From contig JAUPSS010000001.1 of assembly GCA_040285825.1 (NCBI GenBank), forward strand, positions 3,162,001 to 3,226,000: a DNA stretch of 64,000 nt, read 5' to 3'. Positions 59,336-64,000 of the stretch are shown piece after piece. Position numbers and translations under genes: made by a program. Source of the stretch: Eukaryota sp. TZLM1-RC (taxonomy: Eukaryota; Protista; Metamonada: BaSk clade). The notes below the pieces were generated by a model, which saw only the letters and a list, made by a program, of their open reading frames with translations, did no database searches and had not been told where the DNA came from. Position 1 is the stretch's first letter, and every line of letters begins with the position of its first letter.

Positions 59336-61650
59336 ATACAGTACTTTAAAATAGCAGTTTTAATTAAACGGCGAATAGAAATAGTAATGCACAATTCAAG
59401 ATCCACGACCACCAAACTTACAACTCCAACATCGAAACAGTTGATTACTCATATCCAATCATTGTCCTTTAAAGGAAGTCAAAAGAAAGAGAAAATTTTG
59501 TTAACTCAACACTCTTTATTTTTACTTCAAAAATTTGTTAAATAGAGCAATTCTTTTGTTCTAGTTTTGATATCAACATTGTCCTTTTTTAATGTCACAT
59601 ATGTTTCAATTGTGATATTGGTTGAAGTAATTTCTTCCAATGGTGCTTGTACTCCTGCACAACAAAACAATACTGTTCGTTGATTAAGAAACTCTTTTAA
59701 ACTAAATGATCGACTACATAGGTCGCGGATCAGCACCAACACTCTTTTTTACAGCGATCTGCTCAGGACCTAGATAACCGCATAATCAGCAGCCTTTCCG
59801 CTGTTAACCTTCAATTGATCCGGCTCACCTGGCTCTAAACTGAATTCAGTTAAAAAGATCTTTGTACTATTTCTTCCTCGTCTCACTGAATACGTGACCA
59901 TGACACTATTTGAGGCCTTTTCAATTGTGTTTCACAGGCAAATGAAGTCTTTGAATAGGAAAAAACTAATGAAAAAGTGAAAAGAGAAAATGATAGAGTC
60001 GCTTTAATCTACTTTAACCAACCTTATCTGGTAATGTAAAAAGTAATGTGCAGTGTATTTAAGTACAAACAGTTTGCTATTTCTAGAATTTTGGCTACTT
60101 TACTTATCTCTGTCTTGGATGTTTTTTGAGATTAAGTGTTGCACAGTGTGATACCTTTTATGAATCGCACTGGACATTGTTTTTAAAACATGAGATATTT
60201 TACTCACTATTGCATTTCCACATTATCATTCAGCTTTAACGAACGGAATTCAATACTGTTCTTGCTGAATCAAATGCACAACTTTCAGTGAGAATTTCTC
60301 ACAAATAATACGTTTTAATTGCAGAATTGGTCTGGTTCCTGAATACAATGAAGAGATTTGATGTCTTTTTGGCAGTCGCTTATTTAATTCACCACAGTTA
60401 ATAGTTTACCTTTGCTTGTTCATCAAATAGAAGAAGCATTGGTGAAAAAACAAGCTGATCGGAATTTTTTTAGAATAGATTTCATTATTAAACCAAAACT
60501 TTCGCATGTATTCAATATTTTGTGAGCAAGCATAAAATAAACTAAACCTTCTCGTAGCATCAAGATTTTGTAGAGAAAATTATGGCTTAATGAATTCAGA
60601 TCTGCTTTTCTTTTTTAGGTGTTGGAGTTCAATAAAATAACCCAATAGTATCTGTATTTTCAAAATTACGAAGTCTAGTGATGGAATTTTTTCTTGACAT
60701 CGAATACAATCCAGTCAAATTTCAGAATTCCATATAAATTCGACTACAATTCAGGAATTAAAATAATTGATTACACAGCCCCAAAACGCTGAAATCGAAT
60801 TCTGGAATGAAAATATTCCAAAACAGTTCTGGAACTTGGTATGTCAAAAGCTAGTACTGATCGGTTCAGTTCAGGTTTCGAATGTAGGTTCAAGGTTTAT
60901 CCAAATTGATCAAAAATTTTCTAATTTGCATCTTTGATTTTTGTTCATTTGTTGACATAATAAAAATTCCGTCACTAAAACCTTCATTGAGGCCTCACTA
61001 ACCCTCAAGTAATAAAAAAGAGAAAAGTTAAATCAATAAAAAAAGAAAAAATTTCTGTGAGAAAGAATGATGTAGTTTGATTGTTGAGTACTTGATTAAC
61101 ATCTTTATTTTTATAATTTTTTATACTTTTTTTAATACAAGTGTGAATAAGAAAAGATAACTGCATTCTAAAGGCTTTATCTATTTATATATGTAGATTT
61201 GTGCAAAGATCAGAGGGTTCAGGTTCGGTTCAACAACTCAATTGTAAATTCTGAATCTAGAACAATCCTACAGAATTTACCCAAACCAAAAGCCCTCCAT
61301 TTCTATTTGTAGCAAGAATTGAAATTGTAAGGGAAGCAGCGGATGTTTTACATCTGAATCTGAAGAAAAGAAACGTAATTGCGAATTTGGGTTTATTCGA
61401 ATTTTCTGCAGTTTTATGTAAAATCAAATAGAACGTCATATTTGGTTTGGAACAAATATAACTGACGAGATTTAAACTTTTGCTGCTTTGTTTCTCATAT
61501 CCAGATTGCATAATATAACTAACACCCTAGCTTTTTGAAAAGTTTCCAAAATACCTACTATATTTGAACCAATTTTAATCAATTTCCGATATCCTGACCA
61601 CAATTGATGTTGTAAACTACTTTTGAGATGAGATTGAATTAAATACAAAA

Positions 61651-61732
61651 TGCAAGCGACGAGACTCGAACTCGCGCGGCTCACGCCATAGGGGCTTAAA
61701 TCCTACACCTTAACCAACTCGGTCACGCTTGC
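61651..61732 (-). tRNA. tRNA-Leu, anticodon TAA
   Basis: GCAAGCG/CGCTTGC acceptor stem, D-loop GG, anticodon loop TT-TAA-GC, long variable arm GGC-GTGA-GCC, T-loop TTCGAGT, discriminator A, then TTTT (Pol III terminator). Confidence 0.95.
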
Positions 61733-61779
61733 TTTGACAATTTGTCATGATTCATCTTCCCAAATTGTGATTCAAAGCT

Positions 61780-63124
61780 CCTTTGGTCAACTTCATCTTG
61801 ATGCATTCCGCAGGTACTCCCTTTCACAATGCATCTTGAACGTGTTCAGCTCAATAGTCTGCGAAACTGTCCTTTAAATTAACCTTAAATTCTTTGTTTA
61901 TAGAAATGTCAAGGACACAAAAGAGATCGGTTGATCTTTCAGAAATCATAATAGGATCACTTTTCAGCTCCTGACAAACTTGGACAGCGTTTTCACATTT
62001 ATGAGAATGGTGGTGATCCCAAATCATCAAAGCACGTTCGCCCATTGGTACTCCTGCAAGTTCAATCCCTTCCGTAAGTTCAGCTCTGACTCGTTTCAAA
62101 TAATTCCCTACTACATATCTCAAATACTCGACAATACTATGTCCATTTTGCCACTTTGTAACAGCAGCTTTTGATACACCCTTATATTTTGGTGATAAAG
62201 AGTGAATTACTTCACTGGGCCATTCATAATTTGGAACACTGACTTGTGTTTTACCTTCCCGAATCAATTGTAATGGCAGCAAATCTCCAGCTTTCGAAAT
62301 TGTAAGTGTTGCTGTGTTGCATCCTTTATCACCTAATCCTTGAATACTGACTTTTTTCTGACCTTTTGGAGCATAAGTTTTTCCCTTTACTGGAATCCAG
62401 GGTACCATGTTTCATCCATCATCAGTACTGGGCGCCGGTGATAGTCTTCTGCTGCATCCATGATTGCACTCATTTCTACGGCTGCATGTTTGGCTTCAAC
62501 AGGAGTCAATTTTCTGGCAATGGTAGGCTTTTTATTACTCTATTGCATATGATTTTTCAAAAATGAATACGCCCAGTAGGGGCTAAATTCAATTGATCCG
62601 CCATTACATTTCAATAAATTACCATATCCAGAGCTAATCATCAATTTTTTGGCTGTAGAGGCAACAATCAATGGGGTTATTAATGTACTGGCCTACTCCA
62701 TAGCTGAAATTAAATTCACCAACTTTTTCTGCATGTTTGTACCAATTAAAGGGCATCTTCCTTTCTTTGGTCGATCGAAAAATTCTTTTTTAATTCTATT
62801 AGACAACTTAGGCTCATCACATCCTTGAAGAACAAACTTAGCTTTCAAAGCAAGATACTCTTTTTTATATGGGCTGGCATTGGACTTGTTCATACCCTTG
62901 AAGCGGGCCAACTTGCAACAATAGCTTGCTGTTCTTTGTTCTTTCACCATATACTCAGCAAGTTCAAAATGGCGTTCCATAGGCCAAGGATTATATGGAG
63001 ACTTGGCCCTGTCAATGTTGGTGAGGTTGCAGGGTGATTGTAGCACGTCTTTTGCCGTTAAACGATCCTCAGGTGGAAGATGTTCCAGCACTTTTTCAGC
63101 AGTGTCGACGTTCAAGACGTCCAA
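61780..63124 (-). mobile_element. pogo/Tigger-like (DDE_1) transposase pseudogene
   Basis: 'MDET' frameshifted into 'MVPW..T...KG.K.V','DK...T..LTI...G.LLPLQLI..GKT','WQN','LMIWDHH.SH','VLDISINK.FK'; upstream basic HTH-like region. Confidence 0.8.
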
Positions 63125-63399
63125 AGTGGTGGGTCGTTCAAAAAATACTCATATAGACGTCTTTGTTTTGAAACAGGTTCAAGAGCTTTGTCAGGACTGT
63201 TCATTGGGTGAGAGATGCCAAAGAGGGATGTTTCGTCTTCGTGGGCTATAGTGGTTTACTATCTTGACTGCCAGCCCTTGGCTTTTTTCTCTTCTTAACA
63301 GAACGTTTCGTTGATTCGTGAACTATCAAGCATATACATAGACGAAAACCATGTCTAACATTTCAATATAGAACAATAGTTGATACATTTAGTGTTTCT

Positions 63400-64000
63400 A
63401 TAAAATTCTGTTATCTGTGTTTACTCAGCTATCTGTGCCTTTTTTCAATTCATTTTATGGAAAATCATCAACATTGGTCTATGAAAACTTTGACCTGCTT
63501 TCTTCTTCAGGTGTTAAACAAGGCGATCCACTTGGTCCTTTTTTCTTTTGTCTGGCAATTCATCCATTAATGTGCGAATTAAAAGAAAAATTCCCAGAAA
63601 TAGATATTGTAGCATATATGGATGACATTTCTGTAATTGCTCTTATCACAATTCTCAAACAAATAGCAACTTTTAATCAACAGCGTTATGAAGATATTGG
63701 TCTCTCATTGAATATCTCCAAATGTTTGATTATTGGCCATGAACCAATTGATTTTTTCATTAATGATGTCAATGTCCCCTTTATCAATTATGATCAGTCT
63801 GGTTTTCGTTTTTTGGGTTGTTATCTCGGAAATATTGAAAAAGTCAAAGGCCAACTTTCGACTCTGTTGACTCAATTTGGGAATGAATTGGAATCAATAG
63901 AAAATTTAAATATTGAGAAACATTTGAAATTCTTTTTCCTAAAAATTTGTTATTCTGGAAAATTTACTGATATTTTGAGGTCAACATCACCATCAATTTC
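63400..64000 (+). mobile_element. CRE family C RT fragment, runs off the window end
   Basis: GVKQGDPLGPFFFCL, AYMDD; 63655-64000 is nearly identical to 57705-58050. Confidence 0.9.

Noticed and set aside
59900-60950. Possible decayed leucine-rich-repeat coding remnants (also ~39400-39900)
   Set aside because: No continuous frame or convincing motif could be supported.
61651-61860. tRNA next to the pogo remnant as a SINE or integration site
   Set aside because: The tRNA is complete, with its own T-run terminator, and no duplicated tRNA fragment or TSD is visible.

Overview
AT-rich genomic DNA from a compact unicellular eukaryote using the standard code (host genes end in TAA, TAG or TGA). 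Spliceosomal introns are only 28-32 nt, with the branch point fused to the 3' splice site. This resembles metamonad-type protists, but the organism cannot be identified from the sequence alone. Host genes: Dcp2, a PARP6/8-like mono-ADP-ribosyltransferase, MOK kinase, an ARM-like protein, eIF3b, an 8-intron glycogen phosphorylase, a secreted 5-repeat protein, a COMM-domain protein, Nop10 (missed by the ORF track), a coiled-coil protein, two cathepsin B/saposin-like fusions, ZSWIM7/SWS1, TFIIH Tfb2 and tRNA-Leu(TAA). Between them lie many CRE-clade non-LTR retrotransposon copies (about 5 families, two with clear TSDs, one nested), a deleted hAT, a pogo-like remnant, a PolB exonuclease relic and two unrelated Fanzor1 (eukaryotic TnpB-like RNA-guided nuclease) loci. 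The most notable locus is a near-complete Fanzor1 (37847-35820, minus). It keeps its catalytic residues, is interrupted in frame by a 153-nt self-complementary GT-AG segment, and is followed by about 1 kb of strand-specific G-U hairpins (candidate omegaRNA or several). Other highlights: a GA-AG intron right before the PLP-lysine codon of glycogen phosphorylase, a 7-nt micro-exon, and a Nop10 with a full archaeal-type zinc ribbon. All assignments are by eye from motifs; no database searches were run.
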